64,000 nt of DNA from positions 800,001 to 864,000 of the forward strand of contig CAWBAT010000006.1 of NCBI GenBank assembly GCA_963786955.1. Reading direction: 5' to 3'. How positions within the stretch are numbered: the stretch's first letter is position 1; each line of letters begins with the position of its first letter. A program made the translations under genes and the position numbers. This DNA comes from an uncultured Acidimicrobiia bacterium. GTDB taxonomy: Bacteria; Acidobacteriota; Terriglobia; Versatilivoradales; Versatilivoraceae. The notes beneath the pieces were generated by a model. The model searched no databases. It was not told the DNA's origin and saw nothing but the letters and a program-made list of their open reading frames with translations. Of the stretch, positions 49,072 to 58,414 are shown one piece after another.

Positions 49072-50304
49072 TCAGTCCTCCTGCGGAGACTGATTCTGCA
49101 CGACGACGACAACTCCATTCGGAGTAACGACATAGCGCTTCCGATCCTCTTCCATTTCAAAACCAATCATCGAGTTTTCGGGTAATACGACGCCGCGATC
49201 AATAATCGCATTGCGGATCCGTGAATAACGCCCGATGTTGACATGAGAAAGCAGAATACTGTGGTCGATTTCACAATAGCTGTTCACCCGCACGTCTGGC
49301 GAGAGGACTGAATTGACTACCCGTCCCCCGCTAATGATACAGCCGTTGGAAACAATAGAATCTACAGCAATCCCCATCCGCCGACCTTCTTGAGCAAAGA
49401 CGAATTTGGCAGGGGGATATTGACGCTGGTAGGTTCGGATGGGCCAATCCTTATCGTAAAGGTTGAACTGCGGGTCGATTGCAATTAAATCCATGTTTGC
49501 GTTGTAAAACGAGTCGATCGTGCCAACATCCATCCAATATTGGGACGCTTTCTTATTCTCATCAATGAAATGATACGCCATCACTTTGTACTCGCCAATC
49601 ATGCGAGGGAGAATATCTTTCCCGAAATCATGACTGGACAAGGGGTTCCGGGCGTCTTCCTCGAGGATGGCAGCCAGCAAGCTCTTGTTGAAAAGGTAGA
49701 TTCCCATCGAAACATTCACGAATTCAGAATTCTCTAGGCCGGGCTGCGGATGGGTTGGCTTCTCCTGGAAACCACAAATCCGCATGTTCTTGTCAATCTG
49801 CATGACCCCAAATCGATAGGCCTGATCGATCGGTATCTGGATCGTACTGACCGTTGCATCCGCCTTGGAGTCGATGTGGTGACGGAGCATTTTTGAATAG
49901 TTCATCTTGTAAATGTGATCTGCGGAGAGAATCAACGCATATTCGACTCCTGCGAGGGAATTGATTGAATATAAATTCTGTCTCACCGCATCCGCTGTCC
50001 CTAGATACCAGTCTTCTCCTACTCTTTTTTCCGGGGGGATAATTTCGATGAATTCGTCCAGTTCGTGGGCAAAGAAACTAAACCAGCCGTGACGAATGTG
50101 ATGGCTCAAGGAACGGGCTTTGTACTGGGTAAAAATAAAAATTTTACGCAAACCCGAGTTAATACAATTACTTAAAGTGACATCGATGATTCGATAAATG
50201 CCACCAAAAGGCACTGCAGGTTTGGCACGCTCCCGGGTTAGAGGGTAAAGACGCTCTCCCGCTCCACCAGCAAGAAGTATTCCGATTGTGTTTCGCATTT
50301 CCAT
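49072..50304 (-). CDS. glgC: Glucose-1-phosphate adenylyltransferase
   Basis: LAGGAGERLYPLT, RAKPAVPFGGIYRIID, WYLGTADAV, DHIYKMNY, SHDFGKD. Confidence 0.96.
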   Translation of the reverse strand: MEMRNTIGILLAGGAGERLYPLTRERAKPAVPFGGIYRIIDVTLSNCINSGLRKIFIFTQYKARSLSHHIRHGWFSFFAHELDEFIEIIPPEKRVGEDWYLGTADAVRQNLYSINSLAGVEYALILSADHIYKMNYSKMLRHHIDSKADATVSTIQIPIDQAYRFGVMQIDKNMRICGFQEKPTHPQPGLENSEFVNVSMGIYLFNKSLLAAILEEDARNPLSSHDFGKDILPRMIGEYKVMAYHFIDENKKASQYWMDVGTIDSFYNANMDLIAIDPQFNLYDKDWPIRTYQRQYPPAKFVFAQEGRRMGIAVDSIVSNGCIISGGRVVNSVLSPDVRVNSYCEIDHSILLSHVNIGRYSRIRNAIIDRGVVLPENSMIGFEMEEDRKRYVVTPNGVVVVVQNQSPQED

Positions 50305-50438
50305 CTGGACCCACCCGCTGACATCTACTACTCACCAGCTCTTTGGTGATATTCTGTCAAAGTATTTCTTCCAGCTCAAGGTGGAAGAACCGACATTACC
50401 AGCTTAATCGGAAAGCGTTGAATTCGAGTCATTAACAC

Positions 50439-50467
50439 TTGACAACGCTCATGAAATCCACTAACTT
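50439..50467 (+). promoter_or_regulatory. Sigma-70 promoter of rpsU
   Basis: TTGACA-N17-TAACTT. Confidence 0.5.
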
Positions 50468-50518
50468 TTGCAGAATGTAATCATATAATAGTTTAATTAT
50501 GGGGGAGGTGTAACTTGA

Positions 50519-50716
50519 GTGGCTGAAGTAAGACTTCAGGAGGGTGAAACCCTTGAGAACGCACTTCGTCGCTTTAAGAGGAAGGTTCAGACGGAAGACA
50601 TTATCAAGGAAGTGAAGAAGCACTCTTTTTATTTGAAACCGGGAGAAAAGAAGAGAGTCAAGCAGGCGCTAGCCCGAAAAAGAAGCCGGAAGAAGATCCG
50701 GAAAGATTACGATTAA
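50519..50716 (+). CDS. rpsU: 30S ribosomal protein bS21
   Basis: ETLENALRRFKRKV...FYLKPGEKKR; SD GGAGGT. Confidence 0.95.
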   Translation: MAEVRLQEGETLENALRRFKRKVQTEDIIKEVKKHSFYLKPGEKKRVKQALARKRSRKKIRKDYD

Positions 50717-50814
50717 ATCAGGGAAGTTGTGAGCGTTTACCAAACGGCATTCTGGAAGGTATAATCTGGACAAACAGACTTTACGCGCTGTGGTTCTAGG
50801 GATGGGAGCACCGA

Positions 50815-51112
50815 ATGGAATATCAGGATAGAAATCTCGTTTGCGTCGATTGCGGGACAGGAGTTCGTCTTTTCGGCGGGGGAACAGCAGTTTTATGCAG
50901 TCAAGAATTTCAAGAACGAGCCGAAAAGATGCAAAGATTGCAAGTCAAAAAGAAACCTGGCTCTGAATTCTTCCAAATCGAAAATTGAAACAATCGCTGT
51001 GTGCGCAAGCTGTGGAAAGGAGACAACCGTCCCCTTCAAACCGACTCAAGGCCGGCCGGTTTATTGTCGGGAGTGTTTCCAGCAGCAACGCCAGATATCC
51101 GCTTCTGCCTAG
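50815..51112 (+). pseudogene. Zinc-ribbon (zf-trcl) plus CxxC-x17-CxxC protein, interrupted by a +1 G (likely a sequence error)
   Basis: Removing one G at 50854-50856 gives 98 aa MEYQDRNLVCVDCGQEFVFSAGEQQFY...NEPKRCKDCK...CASCGKETTVPFKPTQGRPVYCRECF. Confidence 0.88.
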
Positions 51113-51136
51113 TCGTGAACTCAAGATTTTACATAG

Positions 51137-51172
51137 AAAAAAGCCTCGCCTCAGGCGGGGCTTTTTTCTTTT
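51137..51172. terminator. Bidirectional intrinsic terminator
   Basis: AAAAAAGCCTCGCC-TCA-GGCGGGGCTTTTTT between convergent genes. Confidence 0.85.
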
Positions 51173-51181
51173 CCGAAGGTT

Positions 51182-52180
51182 CTATCCCATTGTGGCCTGA
51201 ATGGCTGTTATCACCGCGGTATTGACGATATCGTCGGCCTTGCAGCCTCGTGACAAGTCATTTGCGGGCCTTCGCAATCCCTGCAAAATAGGTCCAATCG
51301 CCTCGGCACCGGAAAGTCTCTCAACCAGTTTGTAAGCGATATTTCCTGATTGCAAATCCGGGAAAATGAGAACATTGGCTCGCCCTGCTACGGGACTTCC
51401 TGGAGATTTCGATTGGCCCACAGACTCCACCAGTGCAGCGTCCGCTTGAAGCTCTCCATCAATCGAAAGTCCAGGTTTCCGCTCCCGAGCCGTTCTTACT
51501 GCTTCAACCACTTTTTCAACCAAAGGATGCTTTGCGCTGCCTTTGGATGAAAAAGAGAGCAACGCAACCCTCGGGACAAGCCCAACCAGAAGCTCCGCAT
51601 TCATCGCCGTTGAAATAGCGATATCGGCTAATTGTGAAGCATCCGGGTTCGGGACGACCGCGCAATCTGCGAAGAATAGGATGCCTTCATGTCCGTAGCG
51701 TGTGTCCTTTAGAACCATGACAAAAAAGCTTGAGACAATGGGGCAGTTTTCTCTCAAGCCAATGCAACGCAGGGCGGCACGGACTGTTTCGGCAGTCGTA
51801 TTCGTAGCCCCTGCCACCGAGCCATCGGCATCGCCCGTATTCACCATCATCGCCCCATAATAAAGCGGGCTCTTGAGCTGGCGGACCGCTTCATCTTTGG
51901 TGATCCCCTTGGACTTCATGCGCTCGTAGTAGAGATTGGCATATGGAGAGAGTTTTTCTGACTGTGAAGGATCGATAATCGTCAACTTGCCTAGGTTCAG
52001 GCTGAGTTCATCGGCTCTAAGGCGGATCGCCTCTGGGCTGCCTAACAAAATCACGGAGGCCAACTCTTCCCGGTTCAATCGATCGGCTGCAACCAGCGTC
52101 CGGTCGTCCATCCCTTCTGGCAGAACAATTCTTTGCTTTGCCTGTTTGGCTTTTTGCTTAAAGGTGTCGAGAATATTCAC
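51182..52180 (-). CDS. pta: Phosphate acetyltransferase
   Basis: [51 protein letters not shown]. Confidence 0.95.
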   Translation of the reverse strand: MNILDTFKQKAKQAKQRIVLPEGMDDRTLVAADRLNREELASVILLGSPEAIRLRADELSLNLGKLTIIDPSQSEKLSPYANLYYERMKSKGITKDEAVRQLKSPLYYGAMMVNTGDADGSVAGATNTTAETVRAALRCIGLRENCPIVSSFFVMVLKDTRYGHEGILFFADCAVVPNPDASQLADIAISTAMNAELLVGLVPRVALLSFSSKGSAKHPLVEKVVEAVRTARERKPGLSIDGELQADAALVESVGQSKSPGSPVAGRANVLIFPDLQSGNIAYKLVERLSGAEAIGPILQGLRRPANDLSRGCKADDIVNTAVITAIQATMG

Positions 52181-52195
52181 GGGGAATGATTGAAA

Positions 52196-53593
52196 CTAGC
52201 GGGATATCTTTCGCTTGATATCGACGCTAAGCCTTTTCACTTTTGAGTTTAAGGTGGAAAGAGGGACTCCAAACTTCTCGGCGGCTTCCGTCTGGCTCCA
52301 GTTCACGCTTTCTAGCATCTGGATGATCACCTTTCTTTCAAAGGTATCCACAATATCAAAAAGAGACTGTCCATTGTTGATCGGGATTTCGTCCATTTGC
52401 AAGCGCGAAACCGGAGCAATAATGTGACCCGGGACCATTTCAGGAATAATTTCACTGCCTGGCGCCAAAACGACGCCACGCTCAATAACATTCTCAAGCT
52501 CTCGAACGTTTCCGGGCCAATCATAGTCAATCAGAGCCTTGAGAACATACGGAAGCACGCGGCACGGGGGTCTGTCATTCTCTTCAGCGAATTTCTTAAT
52601 GAAATGATCAACCAATAAGGGAATATCTTCCCGTCGATCCCTGAGCGGAGGCAACTCCACGGAGATGACGTTCAAGCGGTAGTAGAGATCGTCTCTGAAC
52701 CTTCCTTGTTCCACGAGCTGCTTCAAGTCCACGTTGGTCGCGGCAATGATGCGGGCATCCACTTTGATCGTTTCGATTCCACCAAGACGCATGAATTCTT
52801 TTTCCTGCAACACCCGCAATAATTTGGCCTGCGTCTCCAGGCTGATGGTTCCGATCTCATCGAAGAAGATCGATCCTCGGTCCGCAACTTCAAACAAGCC
52901 TTTCTTTGAGGAAACCGCGCTGGTAAAAGCGCCACGAACATGTCCGAAAAGGGTACTCTCGAGAAGATCCGTCGGGAGGCTTCCACTGTTCACCGTAACG
53001 AAGGTATTTTCAGACCGAGGGCTATTGGTATGAATCGCCTTGGCGATCAATTCTTTGCCCGTTCCGCTTTCTCCCTGGATGAGCACAGTCGTCCGGCTTT
53101 GTGCGACATGAGAGACCAGGTCGAACACTTTGAGCATTTTCTCGCTCTTGCCGATGATATTCGAGAATCCATACCTCTGCTTCAGGGCCCTCTTGAGTTC
53201 ACGGTTTTCGACTTGGAGCCGGCGCTGCTGAATTCCATTCTTAATATCCAGTAGCAACTTCTCATTGTCCCAGGGCTTGGTGACATAATCTGACGCACCC
53301 GCCTTTATAGCGCTCACGGCGTTCTCAATAGTGCCGAAGGCGGTAATCATGATAATGGCCGTCTCCGGAGAAATCTGGTGGATCTCCTTAAGGACTTCCA
53401 ATCCATTTCTGTCTGGCATCATGACGTCGAGTAGAATCAAGTCAAAGAGTTCCGATTCCACCCGGCGGAGGCCTTCGGTGCCACTATCCGCCAGCGTCAC
53501 CCTGTAATTGGCATCCGACAGCAGCAGGTCCAGGTTTTCCCGGATGGCAACTTCATCGTCCACGACCAAAATAGATCCACCTTGATTAGACAT
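52196..53593 (-). CDS. Sigma-54-dependent response regulator (NtrC/AtoC family)
   Basis: REC domain; GESGTGKE; LFGHVRGAFTSA (GAFTGA variant); HTH. Confidence 0.94.
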   Translation of the reverse strand: MSNQGGSILVVDDEVAIRENLDLLLSDANYRVTLADSGTEGLRRVESELFDLILLDVMMPDRNGLEVLKEIHQISPETAIIMITAFGTIENAVSAIKAGASDYVTKPWDNEKLLLDIKNGIQQRRLQVENRELKRALKQRYGFSNIIGKSEKMLKVFDLVSHVAQSRTTVLIQGESGTGKELIAKAIHTNSPRSENTFVTVNSGSLPTDLLESTLFGHVRGAFTSAVSSKKGLFEVADRGSIFFDEIGTISLETQAKLLRVLQEKEFMRLGGIETIKVDARIIAATNVDLKQLVEQGRFRDDLYYRLNVISVELPPLRDRREDIPLLVDHFIKKFAEENDRPPCRVLPYVLKALIDYDWPGNVRELENVIERGVVLAPGSEIIPEMVPGHIIAPVSRLQMDEIPINNGQSLFDIVDTFERKVIIQMLESVNWSQTEAAEKFGVPLSTLNSKVKRLSVDIKRKISR

Positions 53594-56429
53594 TGGCCAC
53601 TTTCCTCGGAGCCGGGAGTTCTAGGACGAAGCGAGTCCCTTTCCCAGGAGTCGAGTCCACAATGATTTTTCCTGAATGTTCCTGAATGATTCCATAACTC
53701 ACCGAGAGTCCAAGGCCGGTTCCCCGCCCCACTTCTTTCGTCGTATAAAACGGGTCGTATATTTTCTTCAGGTTCTCTTCGGAGATCCCCATGCCGGAGT
53801 CCATGATCTCAACTCGCAGCACAGAGTCAAAAAGAGATGTCTTTACCAAAAGCTCTCCTCCCTCAGGCATGGCGTCTTTAGCGTTAATAAACAAATTAAG
53901 GAAAACTTGTTGCAGCTTTCCGGCGTTACCAAACACCTGGAGAGTTGAACTCCCAAATTCTTTCTTAGCCTTCACCTTGGCCGTTTTGAACTGATGCTCA
54001 AGCAGAGAGAGGGTATCCGAAATCACCGCATTGAGCTCCACCATGCTGAAATCGCCCCCGCTGGTTCTCGAAAAATTGAGCAGACTATTCACGATCTCGG
54101 AAGCTCTGAAGGACTGTTTGACGATCTTGTCGAGGATCTTGGCTTTTGAGTCTTCGGGCTGATATTGCTTGTAAAGCATCTGGCTGTAGCTGGAGATGAC
54201 AGCCAATGGCGTGTTGACTTCGTGGGCCACGCCGGCCGCCAGCAGGCCGATGGAGGTTAATTTCTCCGTCTGCACGAGCTGGTCCTCAAGCTTGACTCTT
54301 TCGGTCTTGTCATCCAGGATAAGCATCTGGCCGGTAACGCAGCCGTCTTTACCGAGCAACGGGGTTACGGTAATGTCCGCAACCATCAGGTGCCCATTGA
54401 GCCTTAATGGGTACTTATACAGGTTGATCCCCTCCGACTGAGGCGCGCGGTTTTCCCTCATCCGGCCACGGATGAGCTCAACTAGGGATGGCGTAAAATG
54501 ATCGGTTAAGAGCGTGCCCAGAGCCTTGTGCCTCGGAAGATTAACCAACTGCCCCATTTTGGAATTCCAACTTTCGATCCGTTCGTCGAGGCCAAAGACC
54601 AGCACTCCAACGCTGATCGATTCGACAATGCTCTCACTGTAGTCCTTGAGCCTCTGCAACGCTTCAGCTTTTTCCCGGATGGATTCATAGAGTCGGCTAT
54701 TTTCAATGGCGATGGCAACGTAACCCGCAATCGTTTGCAGTAGCTCGACGTCTTCGCTGGTGAGCAGTTGTCCCGAAGTGGTTCGGCCCAACCCAATAAA
54801 TGCAATGGTATGTCCCTTGGTGACGCAAGGCAGATAGTAATTTAAATCCAAGTGGCGTAGAGTCTCGTGAAATTCGGAATTTTCAGATACAAGGTTTCGA
54901 AGATTCTCATAAAAGAGATATCCCTTCGCTAATGTGGGACGAGCAGGATCGAGGAATCCAAGATTCGCCAGGTCTGCACTCCGCAGGAACTGGCTCACTC
55001 CAAGGGACTTGACGAGTTGGAATTGTTCTGGGTCTGTTTCATTCGCCAGAAATATTCCGATTTTATCCACCGAAAGAGTCTGGCTGATTCTCTCGACGAC
55101 AAGATCCAGCAATTGCTTGAGATGGACTTCCGCACCTAAGGTTTTTCCAAATTCAATCAGCGTCTGGCGATAGTCATAGTGGTCCCGGTAAAAGTACTTG
55201 TCGACTCTCGTTTGGATCCAATTCCGCAGTGGTGAAAAAATAAAGGCCGCTACAACCAGCGAAATGATCACCCAGATCCGGTTTGCACCCGAGGCCCGAA
55301 AAACTTCACTCACCACACCAATCAATACAAAATAGAATCCAACAACAGTCAGCGAAGCAAGGGTGGCGGCGACACCGCGCTTAAAGATAATATCAACGTC
55401 CATCAAACGGTACTTGATGATAGCATATCCGAAAGTCAGCGGAATCAGGACGAGAGGGAATACCGAAAGCTCCATCCAGAAGGACGGAATCACCCCATTG
55501 AAGTAGGGAAGCGCGTAAAGAAAGAAAAAGGGGAAGGTCCCAAACGTCGTGCCGATCACAATCCACTTCATCTGCTGTCGCAGCGTTTGAATCTGACTCG
55601 TCCGATAGGTGTGGTACAAAGCAAAGACGCCCAAGACGAAAAAGAGCGCAAAGTGAAGGGTATGAATCTTGTCCAGGAGAATGCGGATCTTGAGCGGAGC
55701 CTGGAAGAAATTCAGCCCCCCCGAAATGAACAGAACATGCGTGACCAGCAGAATAATTGCAGGAACATAAAGCAGCAATAAGACCAATGGCAGTCGCTGA
55801 ATGCTTTTTTTTCGCTCCGGGAAGCTCAGGCAAAAATGCAAAAACAACGGGGGTAAAAGAAGTAGCGCTATCGCATCAAGCCAGTAAACCGTCCAATCAA
55901 ACTCGTTGAGTTTGTTCGTATAGGAATACGTACACATGACAAAAGACGCAATACAAATGGTGTAAAAATGGAATGCACCTTTCGCCTGCCAGCGACGCTG
56001 AAAGATAAATATTCCAATGAACAGATAGAGGAATCCAACCACCTCCAGAAATCTCTTGAAGCGAAGTTGATTGTCCTGCGGTGAGACGATTAGAGTTGTG
56101 CTGATTTGGGTGCCATTACGCGAGATGGAGTAGGTGGCTTTCGACCAGACACCCAGATCATAAAGGATCTTTGTCACATCGGTAGCTGATGCGGTTCTCC
56201 TGTTGTTTATAGACAGGAGCAGGTCTCCGCCATGAATGCCCGCCCGGTCTCCGGGACCACCTTCCTCGACAATGAGAGCTTTGAGACCTCGATTCGTAGC
56301 CACCCACCCGCACCCATCGTCGGGAGTGACATATTTGGCCTTCTGAAAACTGTTGATGAGACCTAACACGGTCAACACCGTCGTGATCAGAACGATCGAA
56401 CTCGTCTTGAAACTGAATCTAGTAAACAT
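53586..56429 (-). CDS. Histidine kinase: PDZ, multi-TM sensor, GAF, PAS, HisKA, HATPase
   Basis: GGPGDRAGIHGGDLLLSIN (PDZ-like); about 8 TM with YAIIKYRLMDVD; GAF ending AIAIENSRLY; GVAHEVNTPL; GTGLGL; ATG at 56429. Confidence 0.9.
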   Translation of the reverse strand: MFTRFSFKTSSIVLITTVLTVLGLINSFQKAKYVTPDDGCGWVATNRGLKALIVEEGGPGDRAGIHGGDLLLSINNRRTASATDVTKILYDLGVWSKATYSISRNGTQISTTLIVSPQDNQLRFKRFLEVVGFLYLFIGIFIFQRRWQAKGAFHFYTICIASFVMCTYSYTNKLNEFDWTVYWLDAIALLLLPPLFLHFCLSFPERKKSIQRLPLVLLLLYVPAIILLVTHVLFISGGLNFFQAPLKIRILLDKIHTLHFALFFVLGVFALYHTYRTSQIQTLRQQMKWIVIGTTFGTFPFFFLYALPYFNGVIPSFWMELSVFPLVLIPLTFGYAIIKYRLMDVDIIFKRGVAATLASLTVVGFYFVLIGVVSEVFRASGANRIWVIISLVVAAFIFSPLRNWIQTRVDKYFYRDHYDYRQTLIEFGKTLGAEVHLKQLLDLVVERISQTLSVDKIGIFLANETDPEQFQLVKSLGVSQFLRSADLANLGFLDPARPTLAKGYLFYENLRNLVSENSEFHETLRHLDLNYYLPCVTKGHTIAFIGLGRTTSGQLLTSEDVELLQTIAGYVAIAIENSRLYESIREKAEALQRLKDYSESIVESISVGVLVFGLDERIESWNSKMGQLVNLPRHKALGTLLTDHFTPSLVELIRGRMRENRAPQSEGINLYKYPLRLNGHLMVADITVTPLLGKDGCVTGQMLILDDKTERVKLEDQLVQTEKLTSIGLLAAGVAHEVNTPLAVISSYSQMLYKQYQPEDSKAKILDKIVKQSFRASEIVNSLLNFSRTSGGDFSMVELNAVISDTLSLLEHQFKTAKVKAKKEFGSSTLQVFGNAGKLQQVFLNLFINAKDAMPEGGELLVKTSLFDSVLRVEIMDSGMGISEENLKKIYDPFYTTKEVGRGTGLGLSVSYGIIQEHSGKIIVDSTPGKGTRFVLELPAPRKVANV

Positions 56430-56473
56430 AGCTGCTTGCGCTCGGGCCAAACGAGGATTTCACGAATACCAAG

Positions 56474-56489
56474 TGCAGTTTTAATGCCA
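56474..56489 (-). promoter_or_regulatory. Sigma-54 -24/-12 promoter of the PDZ-kinase operon
   Basis: Minus strand TGGCATTAAAACTGCA. Confidence 0.65.
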
Positions 56490-56580
56490 ATACAACCATC
56501 GAGCGATATATAGTTAAGTTAAATATTATTAACAATTTAACAAGACTTCAAGAGATCATCTCAAAGCCAAATATTCTAGG

Positions 56581-56621
56581 TATACAAATTTTTGTATAAT
56601 ATTGATACGAAAAATTGTATC
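56581..56621. promoter_or_regulatory. Tandem palindromic enhancer boxes
   Basis: TATACAAATTTTTGTATA (56581-56598) and GATACGAAAAATTGTATC (56604-56621), 23 bp apart. Confidence 0.65.
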
Positions 56622-56669
56622 AAAAAGATAATTAAAAACTTATTGAAATTTTCTGGGCTGAAGGGTCAT

Positions 56670-58406
56670 TTAGAACTTGAGCATTAAGCCGCCTCGAACC
56701 GAACGAGATGGCGAAATAAACTCAATTCGTCGGATGTAAGGAGAGTTGTAGACATCGAGGGAGTTCTTGGCGAGCAGGTTTCGCATCTCGAACTGAGCTT
56801 CGAGTTTTCCGGGAATAAATCTTCCCACGTAAGGAATCGCCTGGGCAATCGTGACACTGACACCTGGAGAGGCCGAATCAAAATTCTCCTGATAGGGGTC
56901 AATCAGAGTGATGGGGTCTCCGGAGATCCAACGATACATGGCGGAGAGGTACGTTCCTGTGCTCGGGATTTGGGACCGCAAGTTGGCAGTTAAAACGTGG
57001 AAGTTTTGACTGCTGGCGAAATCATTAACACCCGTGAGATTTACTCCACCCCCATAGGTATAGCCGAACAACCCTTCCAGTCGAGGGGAGAAGCGGCGCT
57101 GGTAGGCAACCCGAACCCCACGGCTCGTTGAATTGGGTTCAAAGGAAGAAGCAAAAAAAATACTTTGATTGTAGGGAGACAATCGATCGCTGTAGTATCC
57201 GGCCACCACCCGTGAGTGCGAGCTGAGTTCCTGTTCCGCACTGAACTCTGAATGAAGGATGCGGCTTGTCCCAAGACTCAAGGGATATCCATATTCATGC
57301 TGAAAGGGCATCGAGAGAGTGACCGTCTTCCCTTCCTCCACCTCAACCACCTTTTCCAGATGAGGCAAGGACGAAGTCCGGAGATAAGTGAAAGAAGTCT
57401 TGGACGTCGGTCTAAAATGAGCTCCCAGTTTCGGCCGGACTCGGGGAGAATTCGCAGCAGGATCCGACAATTGAATTTCAGTCCCGTAGAGTAGAGACAG
57501 GTGAAAAGGCAATCGAATCTCGTCCTGCAATTCCAAATTGTAGACACTCATCCGTCCCGCACTTCGGTTTACCACGGGGGTGTAGGTATCGGGCAAATAC
57601 GGCAGCATACCCATGCTGATCCGAACTGTCGAATTGTGAAATCCATTTGAATCCGTGAACCGGACCAGTGAATCGACTTCTGCATATCCAGAGCCGGAAA
57701 CAGCGCCTGCCAGCACAAGGCTGGTATTCGGGTTGAGTTGTTTGGCAATCGCAAACTCGGTGAAAGTGCCCCCCACACCAGCCAGATCAGGGTCTCCATC
57801 GTACGATGAAGCGTATACGCGGAAAGAGCCGCGAAATCCTTTTCCTGTGCGGGCCGGTTCATCCACACCGTCAGAAGTGGATTGACCCGTATCCTGCCTG
57901 GAGTCTGATTCAAATACGCGAAGAATGGGGCGTGTCGAAGAAGCCGCGCGAAGAACGGACTCGATATCTTCTGTTTCCGTCGCGGGCTGCGGCTCCCGAG
58001 AGACTCCAAGAATAGATTGAAGGTACAGACTTTCGAGAGTCAGGTTGAGGCTGGCGATCTTATCGGCCACCACCTTGATCCCGGAGCGGATCAAAGGAGG
58101 ATAATTGGCGGCGCTCACTTTGAGAGCGTAAAGCCCCGGAAGCAAACCTTTGATTTCAAATCTTCCGGTACTGTCGGTTATTGCGGTCTTAACCACCTTC
58201 GAACTGAATTGCCCCTCCAGTAGAATCACGGCGATCCCGTCCAGTGGTGTTCCGCGGGAATCTTGAATCGTTCCGGCTAGACCGCCCGCCAGCGAAGCCG
58301 CTCTCAATTGGCCGCAGACTATGACGAGCAGGAAGGGGATGACAGCAAAAGTTACTTTCGGAACTCGCATGAATCCTCGACTCAATAATAAGGTCCACAC
58401 CTTCAT
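56670..58406 (-). CDS. Outer-membrane protein: N-terminal carboxypeptidase-regulatory-like domain plus TonB-receptor-like beta-barrel
   Basis: GTIQDSRGTPL...TDSTGRFEIKGLLPGLY; amphipathic strands; C-terminal SRSVRGGLMLKF. Confidence 0.72.
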   Translation of the reverse strand: MKVWTLLLSRGFMRVPKVTFAVIPFLLVIVCGQLRAASLAGGLAGTIQDSRGTPLDGIAVILLEGQFSSKVVKTAITDSTGRFEIKGLLPGLYALKVSAANYPPLIRSGIKVVADKIASLNLTLESLYLQSILGVSREPQPATETEDIESVLRAASSTRPILRVFESDSRQDTGQSTSDGVDEPARTGKGFRGSFRVYASSYDGDPDLAGVGGTFTEFAIAKQLNPNTSLVLAGAVSGSGYAEVDSLVRFTDSNGFHNSTVRISMGMLPYLPDTYTPVVNRSAGRMSVYNLELQDEIRLPFHLSLLYGTEIQLSDPAANSPRVRPKLGAHFRPTSKTSFTYLRTSSLPHLEKVVEVEEGKTVTLSMPFQHEYGYPLSLGTSRILHSEFSAEQELSSHSRVVAGYYSDRLSPYNQSIFFASSFEPNSTSRGVRVAYQRRFSPRLEGLFGYTYGGGVNLTGVNDFASSQNFHVLTANLRSQIPSTGTYLSAMYRWISGDPITLIDPYQENFDSASPGVSVTIAQAIPYVGRFIPGKLEAQFEMRNLLAKNSLDVYNSPYIRRIEFISPSRSVRGGLMLKF

Positions 58407-58414
58407 GAACGAAA

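Noticed and set aside
10585-50856. Programmed frameshifting or phase variation at the three indels
   Set aside because: No slippery heptamers or stimulatory structures seen, and the homopolymers are too short (3-4 nt)
56500-56665. Very AT-rich patch as a sign of foreign DNA
   Set aside because: Short, intergenic and explained by promoter/enhancer architecture
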